64,000 nt of DNA, taken from contig CALOFM010000003.1 in assembly GCA_942492625.1 (NCBI GenBank), positions 3,659 to 67,658 of the forward strand, given 5' to 3'. Of the stretch, positions 49,087 through 59,001 are shown in pieces (within the stretch, counting starts at the first letter, position 1; every line of letters begins with the position of its first letter). This DNA is from an uncultured Gammaproteobacteria bacterium. Lineage in GTDB: Bacteria > Pseudomonadota > Gammaproteobacteria > Chromatiales > Chromatiaceae. Both the position numbers and the translations under genes were made by a program. The notes under the pieces are model-generated. The model saw only the letters and a list, made by a program, of their open reading frames with translations, did no database searches and was not told the DNA's origin.

Positions 49087-52000
49087 TCACCCTTCAGCCG
49101 CTGCAGATCCCGCTGCAGGGCCTGGCCCTGATCGAGGCCAGCGCCGGCACCGGCAAGACCTACACCATCACGACCCTCTACCTGCGCCTGCTGCTGGAGC
49201 GCGGGTTGGGGGTGGACCAAATCCTGGTCGTGACCTTCACCGAGGCGGCGACCGAGGAGCTGCGCGACCGTATTCGCAAGCGTGTGGCGCAGGCGTTTCA
49301 ATGGTTGCATGCCGACATCGCGACCTTGAGAAGCGAGGAGTCGACCCTGGCCGACCTGCTCCTGGGCCTTCCGGACGTGGGTGCGGCGCGAGCTGCCCTG
49401 GCCGATGCCTTGACGCGCATGGACGAGGCCGCGATTTACACTATTCACGGCTTTTGTCTGCGTACGCTTCAAGACAACGCCTTCGAGAGCGGCGCCGCGT
49501 TCGATGTTGAGTTTATAACCGACGAGACCCGGCTTCGAGCGACGGCGATCGAAGATTTCTGGCGCTCCGAGGTTGCGCAGGCGAGCTCGGAAAAGGCGGA
49601 GTGGGTACGTGGGTGGTGGACAACGCCCGAGGCGTTGCTCGCGGATCTGAGACCGACGCTGTCCCTGGATGATCTAAAGCTTCTTCCTGAAGTGGACGAG
49701 GGGGCCGTGGCGAGCGTGCGGCGCCAACTGGTCGGTGTTTTCGCTCAGCTGCGCGCGCTTTGGCATGAGCGAGGCAGCGAGGTCGAAGACATCCTGAAAA
49801 CCAGCCCCGCGCTCAACAGAAGGTCCTATAACGCGAACATCCTGGCGAAGGCGATCAGGGCTGCCGAAGAGCTGGCTTCGGCCAATGAGCCCCCCGACTC
49901 GCTGCCTGTCGGCTTCGATCGCCTGACTCCCGCGAAATTGGAGCGGGGAACCAAGGCGGGCCATAGCCCGCCAACAGATCCCTTTTTCAACCTTTGCGGG
50001 CGTTTCGAGGCGCTATTGCAGCGGGTCGACGTCCGCGCCAAGGCCCTGTTCCTGACCTGTGCACGGCAGTCTGTGCGGGAAGCCCTGGACCGGCGCAAGC
50101 GCGACGAGGGCATGATGTACTTCGACGACCTGCTGCGGCGCCTCGACCAAGCCCTAGCGGCGGACGGAGGAAGCGCCTTGGCGACCAAGGTGCGCGAGCG
50201 CTATCCGGTGGCTCTGATCGATGAGTTTCAGGATACGGATCCCCAACAGTACCGTATCTTTCGCCGCATCTACGGCGGACAGAAGAAGTGCGGCCTGTTC
50301 CTGATCGGCGATCCGAAGCAGGCCATCTACGCCTTCCGAGGCGCCGACATCTTCACCTACATGCGTGCGCGGGACGACAGCGAGCGCGACGGATTGCAGT
50401 ACACTCTCGATGTCAACTGGCGCTCGGGGTCCCGGCTCATCCGGGCCGTGAACGCCCTGTTCGGCACCGCAACCGCGCCCTTCATCTATGAGTCTTACAT
50501 CGGCTTCGACCCCGTTGATCCAGGACTGCAAGCCGACGCGAAACCGCTGCGCATCGACGGTGTCGAGCCGGTACCGCTTCAGTTCTGGATGCTCCGCATC
50601 AATGATCAAAACCAAACCACAAGGCCGCCCGGCTTCATCCGCAGCGACGCGGCCCTCGTGGAAGCTGGCTGTGCCTGCGCTGAGTACGTCGCCGGCCTGT
50701 TGGGCCTGGCGGGTAAGGGTAGAGCGACCATCGGGGACCGAACGCTGGAGCCTGGCGACATCGCTTTGCTGGTGCGCACGCATCGTGAAGGGGATCTGAT
50801 CCAGCAGGCCTTGCGTACCTGCGGCATCAGCAGTGTGAGCCTTAGCGAAGACAGCGTGTTTGCGACGGAAGATGCCGATGAGTTGACCGGCCTGCTGGCA
50901 GCCCTGGCCGAGCCCGGCGATGAGGGTAGGGTGCGGGCTGCGCTGGCCAGCTCCCTGCTGGGGCGAAGCGCAGCGGAGCTGGAGCGGCTAGCCGGTGACG
51001 AGATGGCTTGGGAGCGCGTCCAGGCTCGGTTTCGGTCCTATGGGGACCGCTGGCGGCAGCAGGGGATCATGGTCGCGCTGCAGGAGCTGCTCGCAAATGA
51101 GCAGGTCCCGGCGCGGATGCTTCGTCGGCCCGACGGCGAGCGGCGCCTGACGAATTTAATGCAGCTGCTGGAGCTGTTGCAGGTGGCCTCGGGTGAGCAC
51201 CCTGGTGCGGATGGGCTGCTGCGCTGGCTCGTCGATCAAGCTTTCGCGGGAGAGCGGGACCAGGCCCGGCAGCTTCGCCTGGAGAGCGACGAGGGCCTGG
51301 TCAAGGTTGTCACCCTGCACAAGAGCAAGGGCTTGGAGTACCCGTTGGTGTTCTTTCCCTTTCCCTGGAGCTACTTCAAGCTGCCGAAGCGCCCGCCGCC
51401 CGCCTTCTTCCACTCGCCTGAGGACAAGACGGCCTGTTTGGACCTGGGCTCGGATGAAGAGACAACGCACCGCGCGTTGGAGCGCACGGAGCAGCTTGCC
51501 GAACGCCTGCGCCTGTTCTATGTCGGCGTAACCAGGGCGGCCAAGCTCTGCGTGCTCTGCTGGGGAAAGGTAAACGAGATCCAGGGCTCGGCACTGGCCT
51601 ATCTGCTTCACCGGGACCTGGAAGCTGATGTGCCGGCGAGCCGGATGAAAGCGTTGTCGGAAGAGGGTATTCGAAACGATTTGCAGAGGCTGGCTGGGGA
51701 TGCGCCGGGTACGATTGAGGTTCGGGACCTGCCTGAACCCGATGGTGCACGCTGGACCGGGGCGCCGGTCGACCCCGATCGGCTGGCGGCCAGGGTATTC
51801 GACTCGAGTATAGATGCGGGCTGGCGAGTCGCGAGCTACTCCGCTTTGGTACGAGGCGAGGACGCCGAGCGCCCGGATTACGATGGCTCGGCCCAGCCGC
51901 GCTCGACGGATACGGATGCCGTTTCCCCGGTCGAGCCCGTTTTCGAGCTGCCGGCCGGGACCCATGCCGGGCACTTACTGCATGCAGTTCTGGAGGAGCT

Positions 52001-52700
52001 GGACTTTCCAACCGCGAAGGGCGAGATTTTGACAAATGTCGTCCGTGATCTTTTGGAGCGCTATGGCGGGCTGACCTCCGCCCGTGGCTATGCCGTAGAG
52101 ATGGGCAGGGATTGGGCGCCCACCGTCGAGGACCTGGTGACCAACGTGTTGGATACCTGGCTGGACCCGGGCGAAACCTTGCGCCTGCGCGATATCCCCG
52201 CTGCCGATCGAGTCGCCGAGCTGGAGTTTCACTTCCCCGTCCAGAGGCTGGACCCGCAAGCCTTAAGGGATACCTTGGCGGCATCCTCCGATCACGCAGG
52301 CGCCGCAGATGGCCTGGGCTTCGAGCCGATGCGCGGCCTGATGCGCGGCTTCATCGACCTGGTGTTCCGGCGCGAGGGCCGCTTTTTCATCGTCGACTAC
52401 AAGTCCAACCGGCTCGGCAACCGGCTGCAGGACTATGTGCGCGATGGGCTGCGCGAGGCCATCCGGCAACACCGCTACGATCTGCAGTACCTGATCTACA
52501 GTCTCGCCCTGCACCGATTTCTCCGGTGGCGGCTGCCCGGATACGATTTCGAGCGCCACTTCGGCGGGGTCTACTACCTGTTTCTGCGCGGAATGCGCCC
52601 GGACCGGGGTTATGAAACCGGGGTTTGGTACGACCGTCCGCCGCGGGAGCTCATCGACGGTCTGGACCGCCTGTTCGGCGGCGGGCGGGAGGCGCCCTGA
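49083..52700 (+). CDS. recB: Exodeoxyribonuclease V beta subunit
   Basis: IEASAGTGKT, DEFQDTD, GDPKQAIY, TLHKSKGLEY, nuclease GFIDL..VDYKSN. Confidence 0.97.
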   Translation: MITLQPLQIPLQGLALIEASAGTGKTYTITTLYLRLLLERGLGVDQILVVTFTEAATEELRDRIRKRVAQAFQWLHADIATLRSEESTLADLLLGLPDVGAARAALADALTRMDEAAIYTIHGFCLRTLQDNAFESGAAFDVEFITDETRLRATAIEDFWRSEVAQASSEKAEWVRGWWTTPEALLADLRPTLSLDDLKLLPEVDEGAVASVRRQLVGVFAQLRALWHERGSEVEDILKTSPALNRRSYNANILAKAIRAAEELASANEPPDSLPVGFDRLTPAKLERGTKAGHSPPTDPFFNLCGRFEALLQRVDVRAKALFLTCARQSVREALDRRKRDEGMMYFDDLLRRLDQALAADGGSALATKVRERYPVALIDEFQDTDPQQYRIFRRIYGGQKKCGLFLIGDPKQAIYAFRGADIFTYMRARDDSERDGLQYTLDVNWRSGSRLIRAVNALFGTATAPFIYESYIGFDPVDPGLQADAKPLRIDGVEPVPLQFWMLRINDQNQTTRPPGFIRSDAALVEAGCACAEYVAGLLGLAGKGRATIGDRTLEPGDIALLVRTHREGDLIQQALRTCGISSVSLSEDSVFATEDADELTGLLAALAEPGDEGRVRAALASSLLGRSAAELERLAGDEMAWERVQARFRSYGDRWRQQGIMVALQELLANEQVPARMLRRPDGERRLTNLMQLLELLQVASGEHPGADGLLRWLVDQAFAGERDQARQLRLESDEGLVKVVTLHKSKGLEYPLVFFPFPWSYFKLPKRPPPAFFHSPEDKTACLDLGSDEETTHRALERTEQLAERLRLFYVGVTRAAKLCVLCWGKVNEIQGSALAYLLHRDLEADVPASRMKALSEEGIRNDLQRLAGDAPGTIEVRDLPEPDGARWTGAPVDPDRLAARVFDSSIDAGWRVASYSALVRGEDAERPDYDGSAQPRSTDTDAVSPVEPVFELPAGTHAGHLLHAVLEELDFPTAKGEILTNVVRDLLERYGGLTSARGYAVEMGRDWAPTVEDLVTNVLDTWLDPGETLRLRDIPAADRVAELEFHFPVQRLDPQALRDTLAASSDHAGAADGLGFEPMRGLMRGFIDLVFRREGRFFIVDYKSNRLGNRLQDYVRDGLREAIRQHRYDLQYLIYSLALHRFLRWRLPGYDFERHFGGVYYLFLRGMRPDRGYETGVWYDRPPRELIDGLDRLFGGGREAP

Positions 52701-54583
52701 TGCGGAATCTGTTGCTGCAGGCTGTGGTCCGGGGTGCGCTGCGTGCGGTGGACCTTCAGTTCGCGCGCCGCATGGAGACCCTGGCCGGCGGTGACGCCCC
52801 CGAGCTGTTTCTGGCCGCGGCCTTGGCCAGTCACCGCGTCGGCGAAGGCGACGTCTGTGTCGACCTCGGCCGTTGCGGTGAGCTCTCCCTGTTTCGGGAG
52901 CCGGGACTCGCGGGAGCGGTTCGGCCGCCGGCGGCGGACGTCTGGGCCGCCGCGCTGCACCGCCGATCGGTCGTCGGGCGACCGGGAGAGCCTGCGCCGC
53001 TGGTCCTCGACCAGCGGGGCAGGCTCTATTTGGGGCGCTATTGGTATTTCGAGAGGGTCTTGTCCGATGCTCTGGCTGCGCGTGCACACACCTGGTCACC
53101 AGGCGTAGATCGCCGCCGGTTGACAAACGGGCTCCGGCGCTTGTTTCCAGAAGACAAAGAGATCGACTGGCAACGCATCGCCGCAGCGGTCGCAGTGCTG
53201 CGGCCTCTGTGCGTGATCTCGGGCGGGCCGGGTACCGGCAAGACCCGTACCGTTACCTCGATCCTTGCGTTGCTGGCGGAGCAGAGTCCGAACAGGACCC
53301 TGCGCATCGCCCTGGCCGCCCCGACCGGAAAGGCCGCGGCGCGTTTGTCCGAATCGATACGAGAAGCCAAGCTTGACCTGACCCTTTCGGATGAGACGGC
53401 CGAGAGCATCCCGGAGGAGGCCGTTACCTTGCACCGGCTGCTCGGTTTTCGTCCGGAGCGGGCCAATCCTCGCCATGGTCCGGACAATCCCCTGCACCTG
53501 GATGTTCTGGTGGTAGACGAGGCCTCGATGGTGGATCTGCCGCTCATGTCCAGGCTGCTCGGAGCGCTTCCGCAGCGGGCCCGCTTGATCCTGCTCGGCG
53601 ACAAGGATCAGCTGGCCTCCGTGGAGGCCGGAATGGTGCTGGGCGACATCTGTGGCAGGGGCGGCGGGGGCGGGTACTCGCCGGATCTCTGCGCAGCGGT
53701 TGCCGAGGTCGCGGGCGACCGCCTGGAGCCGGTCGCGGGGCCGGTCCCGGATATCGCCGATCACATCGTCGAGCTGCGCAAGAGCTGGCGTTTCGGCGAG
53801 GACAGCGGTATCGGCGCCCTGGCCCTTGCCGTAAACCGTGGGGATGGAGACGCGAGCCTGGCGGTCCTGGCGGACGACCGCTTCCCGGATGTGGCAATGG
53901 AGGCGCCGCAGGCAGATGTCATCGCGGACTTCGTCGCGCACAGGGTCCTGCCCGCTTACCGGGAGGTACTCCAGAGCCGGGATCCAGACCGTGCCCTTGC
54001 GGCGCTGAACCGCATCCGTGTCCTCTGCGCGGTGCGTGCAGGACCGCAAGGCGTGGGGCGCATGAACGAGCGCATCGAGCATGCATTGGCGGCGGAGGGA
54101 CTGATCCGTCCCGACGCCGAAATCTATGCTGGGCGGCCGATCATCCTGACCGCAAACGATCATGCCCGACGACTCTACAACGGCGACGTGGGCCTGATCC
54201 TCGCAGATCCGGACAGCGGCGGCGCGCTGCGTGTTTTCTTGGCTGTGACAGACGGAATCCGCCGCGTGCTGCCTTCGCGCCTCCCGCCTCACGAAACGGT
54301 CTATGCCATGACGGTCCACAAGAGTCAGGGCTCGGAGCTCGACGAGGTGCTGCTGGTCCTCCCCGAGGCGGAAAGCCGTGTCCTGACCAGAGAGCTGGTC
54401 TACACCGGCATCACCCGCGCGCGCAAGCGGGTTCTCCTGCTCGCCACCAAAGCGCGTTTGTGCGAAGCGATTTCCCGTCCGATCGTTCGCTCTACCGGGC
54501 TTTACGATATTCTTTGGGCCCCCGGGGAGGTGAGTACCGGCGGAGGAAAAAGACAAGACAGGGCCGAGAGACCTGCCGTTTAG
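52700..54583 (+). CDS. recD: Exodeoxyribonuclease V alpha subunit
   Basis: ATG overlaps the recB stop; GGPGTGKT, APTGKAA, DEASMVD, TVHKSQGSE, YTGITRA. Confidence 0.97.
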   Translation: MRNLLLQAVVRGALRAVDLQFARRMETLAGGDAPELFLAAALASHRVGEGDVCVDLGRCGELSLFREPGLAGAVRPPAADVWAAALHRRSVVGRPGEPAPLVLDQRGRLYLGRYWYFERVLSDALAARAHTWSPGVDRRRLTNGLRRLFPEDKEIDWQRIAAAVAVLRPLCVISGGPGTGKTRTVTSILALLAEQSPNRTLRIALAAPTGKAAARLSESIREAKLDLTLSDETAESIPEEAVTLHRLLGFRPERANPRHGPDNPLHLDVLVVDEASMVDLPLMSRLLGALPQRARLILLGDKDQLASVEAGMVLGDICGRGGGGGYSPDLCAAVAEVAGDRLEPVAGPVPDIADHIVELRKSWRFGEDSGIGALALAVNRGDGDASLAVLADDRFPDVAMEAPQADVIADFVAHRVLPAYREVLQSRDPDRALAALNRIRVLCAVRAGPQGVGRMNERIEHALAAEGLIRPDAEIYAGRPIILTANDHARRLYNGDVGLILADPDSGGALRVFLAVTDGIRRVLPSRLPPHETVYAMTVHKSQGSELDEVLLVLPEAESRVLTRELVYTGITRARKRVLLLATKARLCEAISRPIVRSTGLYDILWAPGEVSTGGGKRQDRAERPAV

Positions 54584-54876
54584 AAACGGAGCATCCCGAC
54601 ATCCAGCAAGCCGATGACGATCAAGTAGATGCCCACCACATAGCTGAGGATATTGGGTTTGATCAGGATGAGCACTCCCGCCACCAGGGAGAAAACCGTC
54701 TGGGCCCGGATGCTTTGTCCGTACAAGAAGTGCAAGAGCCCAAGCGTGCCTACGATCAACAGATAGGAGGCGATGGCGTAGTTCAGTGCGCGCGGCACCA
54801 AGAGAACCACGACTCCGGCGATGATGGCGGCGACCGCATGCAGCGGCCAGCTCTGAAGTATGGTTAAGAAGTCCAT
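54580..54876 (-). CDS. Small membrane protein with duplicated DUF3096-like unit
   Basis: Two repeats: AIIAGVVVLLVPRALNYAIASYLLIVG and SLVAGVLILIKPNILSYVVGIYLIVIG. Confidence 0.8.
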   Translation of the reverse strand: MDFLTILQSWPLHAVAAIIAGVVVLLVPRALNYAIASYLLIVGTLGLLHFLYGQSIRAQTVFSLVAGVLILIKPNILSYVVGIYLIVIGLLDVGMLRF

Positions 54877-54959
54877 CCGTTTGTTGCCTGCGTAGATAAC
54901 TGGATCGCTTTTCCTCTGCCACCCCAGCGTAGATGATGGCGGCAACTCCCTCAAGCCCG

Positions 54960-56127
54960 TCAGTCCTCCGCCGGAAGAATGCGCAGCAAGGCCCCGTCAT
55001 CCTCGTCGGTCAGTACATACAGATACCCGTCGGGTCCCTGGCGGACATCCCGCACCCGCTGACCGATGGTCAGCTTCTCCTCCTGGATGATCCGGGTGCC
55101 GTCCAAAACGATTCGGCGCACCTGCCCAAACTTGAGGGCACCGCTGAAGAGGTTTCCCTTCCACCGGGGATAGACGTCACCGGTGTAGAAGGTCAGTCCG
55201 CTCGGGGCTTTGGATGGGGTCCAGACCAGCGCGGGATCTGTGATGCCCGCGCGGCTAGTCTCGTCGGAGATCCTCGGGCCCCAATACTCGTTGCTGTAGG
55301 TCACCACCGGCCAGCCGTAGTTCCTACCCCCTTTGATCAGATTCAGCTCGTCACCGCCTCGCGAGCCGTGCTCGTTGGCCCAGACGCTCCCACTGATGGG
55401 GTCTCGGGTCATGCCCTGGATGTTGCGGTGGCCGATGGTCCAGATCTCCGCTCTGGCCCCCGAACGGCCCCTGAAGGGGTTGTCCGGATGCGGCGTGCCG
55501 TCGTCGTTCAGCCGCAGCACCGTCCCGAAATGGGTGCCCGGATTCTGGGCCTGATCGCGGATGTTCGCCCCCTGAAAGCTCAGGGGCGGGTTGCCCCCGT
55601 CGCCGATGCTCATCAGCAGGCTTTTGTCCGGCAGCCAGACCAGCCGGGAGCCGAAGTGCTGGCCGCCGGACTTGGGATCGGCATTTTGAAAAATGATCTC
55701 CGTGTCCTGCAGGGTATGGCCGTCAAGGCGCCCGCGGGCGAGGGCAGTGCGGTTCGCGTCGGGGGTGCCGATGGTCAGGGACAGGTAGACGAGCCGGTTG
55801 TCGGCAAAGTCCGGATGCGGCGCGACGTCGAGCAGACCACCCTGGCCATGGGCGAGCACCGGCGGCAGGCCCGAGATGGGGAGTCGGGTCGAGCTTGCCG
55901 CCGCGGATCAGCCGCAGACGCCCATCCCGCTCGGTAACCAGGGCCGAGCCGTTCGGCAGCCAGGCGATGGACCAGGGATGGCTCAGACCGGTGGCGACGA
56001 TCTCGCTGTGCCAGCCCCGGGCCTCTGGCACGTCCGCGCTGATGGGTGCCGGCCCGGTGCGGGCCTCGCAGCCGGCGACCGGGACACCGAATAGCAGGAT
56101 CGCGAGGGCGCGAGTCGATTGTTTCAT
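54960..56127 (-). CDS. PQQ-dependent sugar dehydrogenase (YliI/GSDH family), frameshift near 55880
   Basis: Lipobox VAGC, GLSHPWSIAWLP..LVTER.GRL; then GQGGLLDV..HPDF, HFGSRL, GHRNIQG, EHGSRGGDELN, NYGWP, RVRDV. Confidence 0.88.
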
Positions 56128-56391
56128 CCCGTCTTGCCGGAGCTGATTCCGTTACAGGACGAGAAGTGTCTCGTATGGATCCTGCAGATGCGTCATCAGC
56201 GGCCGGGATAGGTTTCGAGCCGACGCAGCACCGCCGCCTCGATCTCCCGCTCGTACGGGTAGGAGCCGGCGTATCCCGCCGCTTGAAACCCTGAGGCGAG
56301 CTGGGGCGAGACATAGCCGGCGACCGGGACACCGAATAGCAGGATCGCGAGGGCGCGAGTCGATTGTTTCATCCCGTCTTGCCGGAGCTGA
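56070..56391. repeat. Perfect 77-bp direct repeat (56070-56146 and 56315-56391)
   Basis: Both copies cover the upstream region and first 19 codons (MKQSTRALAILLFGVPVAG) of the PQQ dehydrogenase. Confidence 0.92.
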
Positions 56392-56421
56392 GCATAGGCT
56401 TGGACCATTTGTCGGGAGGAT

Positions 56422-57003
56422 TTAATCAAGCAGCGCCAGCAACTGCGCGACGACGGTCTGTGCCCGCTTCGGGTGTGCCCCGGCGGCAAGCAGTACCCGC
56501 AAGCCCCAGATGCCGGTCATGATGTAGGCGGCAATTGCGGCAGGATCCTTGTCTGCAGGCAGTTCGCCTCGCTCCCGGGCGGCTTCCAGCGCATGCCGGA
56601 ATAGTGCTTCGACCAGATTCAAATGATGATTGACGCGTTCCTGGACCCGCGGGTTGTGCCGGGCGACTTCGAGCACCGTGTTTACGAGAAAGCAGCTCCT
56701 TTTGGCCTCCGGTTCCGTGGCGTCCGCCGCAAGCTTGCGGAAGAATTCCCGGATGCCGGCCAGCGGGCTTTGGGCCGACGACAGGGTCTGGCGGATCGCC
56801 GCCACACCTCGTTCGCCGTAGTGGTCCAGCGCAGCCAGGAAGAGCCCTTCCTTGGACTTGAAGGCGGCGTACAGACTGCCGGGCTTGAGTTCGGTGGTCG
56901 CGGTGAGGTCTGCCATGCTGGTGGCGCAGTAACCCTGGTTCCAGAAGGCATGCATGGCCCGGTCCAGGACTTGCTCGCGGTCGAATTCAACAGGTCTCGC
57001 CAT
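56422..57003 (-). CDS. TetR/AcrR-family regulator (NemR/ComR-like)
   Basis: MARPVEFD, FWNQGYCATSMADL, GSLYAAFKSKEGLF, SCFLVNT. Confidence 0.93.
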   Translation of the reverse strand: MARPVEFDREQVLDRAMHAFWNQGYCATSMADLTATTELKPGSLYAAFKSKEGLFLAALDHYGERGVAAIRQTLSSAQSPLAGIREFFRKLAADATEPEAKRSCFLVNTVLEVARHNPRVQERVNHHLNLVEALFRHALEAARERGELPADKDPAAIAAYIMTGIWGLRVLLAAGAHPKRAQTVVAQLLALLD

Positions 57004-57040
57004 TTTGATCTCATGCAATCTGGCCTTCAGTCTAGCGTTA

Positions 57041-57111
57041 TGGAGTGATTGTTCAAAAATATTGTTGAAGATCTTATTAAGACTGACTATGGTTGTTGAG
57101 CAATCGTTCCA
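57041..57111. promoter_or_regulatory. Two putative TetR operators in the divergent promoter
   Basis: TGGAGTGATTGTTCAA (57041-57056) and TTGAGCAATCGTTCCA (57096-57111) are imperfect palindromes and inverted copies of each other. Confidence 0.65.
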
Positions 57112-57130
57112 CAATAATCGGAGACAAGAC

Positions 57131-57790
57131 ATGGGCATTCTGACCGAAGCGATCGATGCCTACAACGTGACGAAGCAGGAAACGGTCCCGAGCGAGGTTC
57201 TTAACACCATGGCGCAGGCCACCGAGGACCTGGACGCCAGCGGGATCGTAGACCGAGCCATCCGATCAGGGGAGCGGTTTCCGGACTTCGAGTTGGCGAA
57301 TCAGCACGGAGAGCTTCGCAGATTCTCCGACTACCTGAGGCACTCTCCAGTCGTCCTGAACATCTACAGGGGCGGTTGGTGTCCATACTGCAATATGGAG
57401 ATGAAGGCGTTGCACGACGCACTGCCGCAGATCGAGGCCCTCGGGGCGAGGTTGGTGGGCATGGCCCCGGAGACCCCGGACAAGGCGATGGTCACCGCAG
57501 AGCGCCACTGCCTGCAGATCGACATCCTGAATGACGCGGGAAATCTGGTCTCCGAGCGCTTGGGGTTGGTTTTCGAGCTTCCGGAGGTCTTGCGTCCCCT
57601 CTACCAGAGTCTGGGCATAGACGTCCCCGCGTACAATGGCGACCTGAGCTTCCGCTTGCCGGTTCCGGCGACCTACATCGTCGGGCGGCACGGCAACGTC
57701 ACCCACGCCTTCGTGAATGCGGACTACACGCGGCGCATGGAGCCGGCGGATATCGTCGCGCGTCTCCAGACCCTTGCTGATGCCGCATAA
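57131..57790 (+). CDS. Peroxiredoxin-like AhpC/TSA family protein
   Basis: PDFELAN, YRGGWCPYCNME, LPVPATYIV, DYTRRMEP. Confidence 0.9.
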   Translation: MGILTEAIDAYNVTKQETVPSEVLNTMAQATEDLDASGIVDRAIRSGERFPDFELANQHGELRRFSDYLRHSPVVLNIYRGGWCPYCNMEMKALHDALPQIEALGARLVGMAPETPDKAMVTAERHCLQIDILNDAGNLVSERLGLVFELPEVLRPLYQSLGIDVPAYNGDLSFRLPVPATYIVGRHGNVTHAFVNADYTRRMEPADIVARLQTLADAA

Positions 57791-57819
57791 GCGAGCTCGC
57801 TTCCCTCGGCTTGGCGCAC

Positions 57820-58923
57820 TTATGCCTCACTCGTGACCTTCGTTTCCTTCCTCGTTGAATTCACCCCGTGGGACTCCGCGCGGAGTGCGTTCTCCTGCGC
57901 GAACATCTGCCAAGCGGCGATGAAGAGCGCGGCTATGACGGGGCCGAGCACAAAGCCGCTTATTCCGACCAGGCTCAGCCCGCCCAGGGTCGAGAACATG
58001 ATCAAATAATCCGGCATCTTGGTGTCGCGGCCCACTAGTATCGGGCGCAGAAGATTGTCCACCAGGCTGATCACCAGCACTCCGAACGCTACCAGGATCA
58101 GGCCCTTGCCCCAGCTACCCGCCACGAACAGGAAGATGGCGGCCGGGCCCCAGACGAGCCCGGCGCCGACGGCCGGGAGCAGAGACAGGATTGCCATCAC
58201 GACACCCCAGAAGACCGCGCCTTGAATTCCCAACAGGGCAAAGATAAGACCTCCGAGAAACCCCTGCACCAAGCCGACCACCAGCGTGCCCTTGACGGTG
58301 GCGCGCGCAACCTCGGCAAACTTGCCGAATAGCTGCCGTTCCTGCTCATCCGGCAAGGGAATCGCCCGGTGCACCTGGTGCACGATCAGGTCGCCGTCGC
58401 GCAGGACGAAGAAGAGCAGGTACAGCATCAGGAAGAACATCACTACGAAGGAGGCCACGTTTTGACCTGCAATGAGGGCCAATGAGGCGATGAAGCGGCT
58501 GCCCTTAACGGCGGCGGCGGAGAGCTTTTGGGTCAGCTCGTTCAAATCAATGCCGATTCGAGAGGTCCACTCGCTGGCTTGCGGCACAAGGTTCTGCGTC
58601 CAGCGAAGCGCGGCACCCACATCGAGCTCGCCGGACTGTATGCGCGTATAGACGCCGGCGGCCTCCGCGGCGACCGCCGAGGCCAGCAGCAGGGCCGGTA
58701 CAAGCACAGTGAAGAAGATGAGTATCACGGTCAGCACTGCGGCGAGGGACGCGCGGCCTTTCAACCGCACCGCAATCCTCGTCTGCACCCCCCGGAACAG
58801 AATGCCGATCACCGCAGCCCAGAAAATCGGCTGCCAGAAGCCGATCAGCAAAGCGACGAAAGCGATGGTGGCCGCGCCCAGCAGGCCGATGAAGAACGGG
58901 TGACGGGTAGTGGATATTGACAT
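57820..58923 (-). CDS. AI-2E family transporter
   Basis: LFFVLRDG, VQGFLGG, SLLPAVG, DNLLRP, STLGG...GFVLGP. Confidence 0.92.
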   Translation of the reverse strand: MSISTTRHPFFIGLLGAATIAFVALLIGFWQPIFWAAVIGILFRGVQTRIAVRLKGRASLAAVLTVILIFFTVLVPALLLASAVAAEAAGVYTRIQSGELDVGAALRWTQNLVPQASEWTSRIGIDLNELTQKLSAAAVKGSRFIASLALIAGQNVASFVVMFFLMLYLLFFVLRDGDLIVHQVHRAIPLPDEQERQLFGKFAEVARATVKGTLVVGLVQGFLGGLIFALLGIQGAVFWGVVMAILSLLPAVGAGLVWGPAAIFLFVAGSWGKGLILVAFGVLVISLVDNLLRPILVGRDTKMPDYLIMFSTLGGLSLVGISGFVLGPVIAALFIAAWQMFAQENALRAESHGVNSTRKETKVTSEA

Positions 58924-59001
58924 GATGATTCGATTTACTGAGCGTCCGGTGTCGGTCCGTGTTCGAAGACCGGCGATACTGAAAGGCGGTGGATGCTCGG
59001 C

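Noticed and set aside
53096-55000. 634-aa antisense ORF over recD and similar long shadow ORFs over dsr and rec genes
   Set aside because: Expected antisense open frames in GC-rich, codon-biased genes; no motifs.
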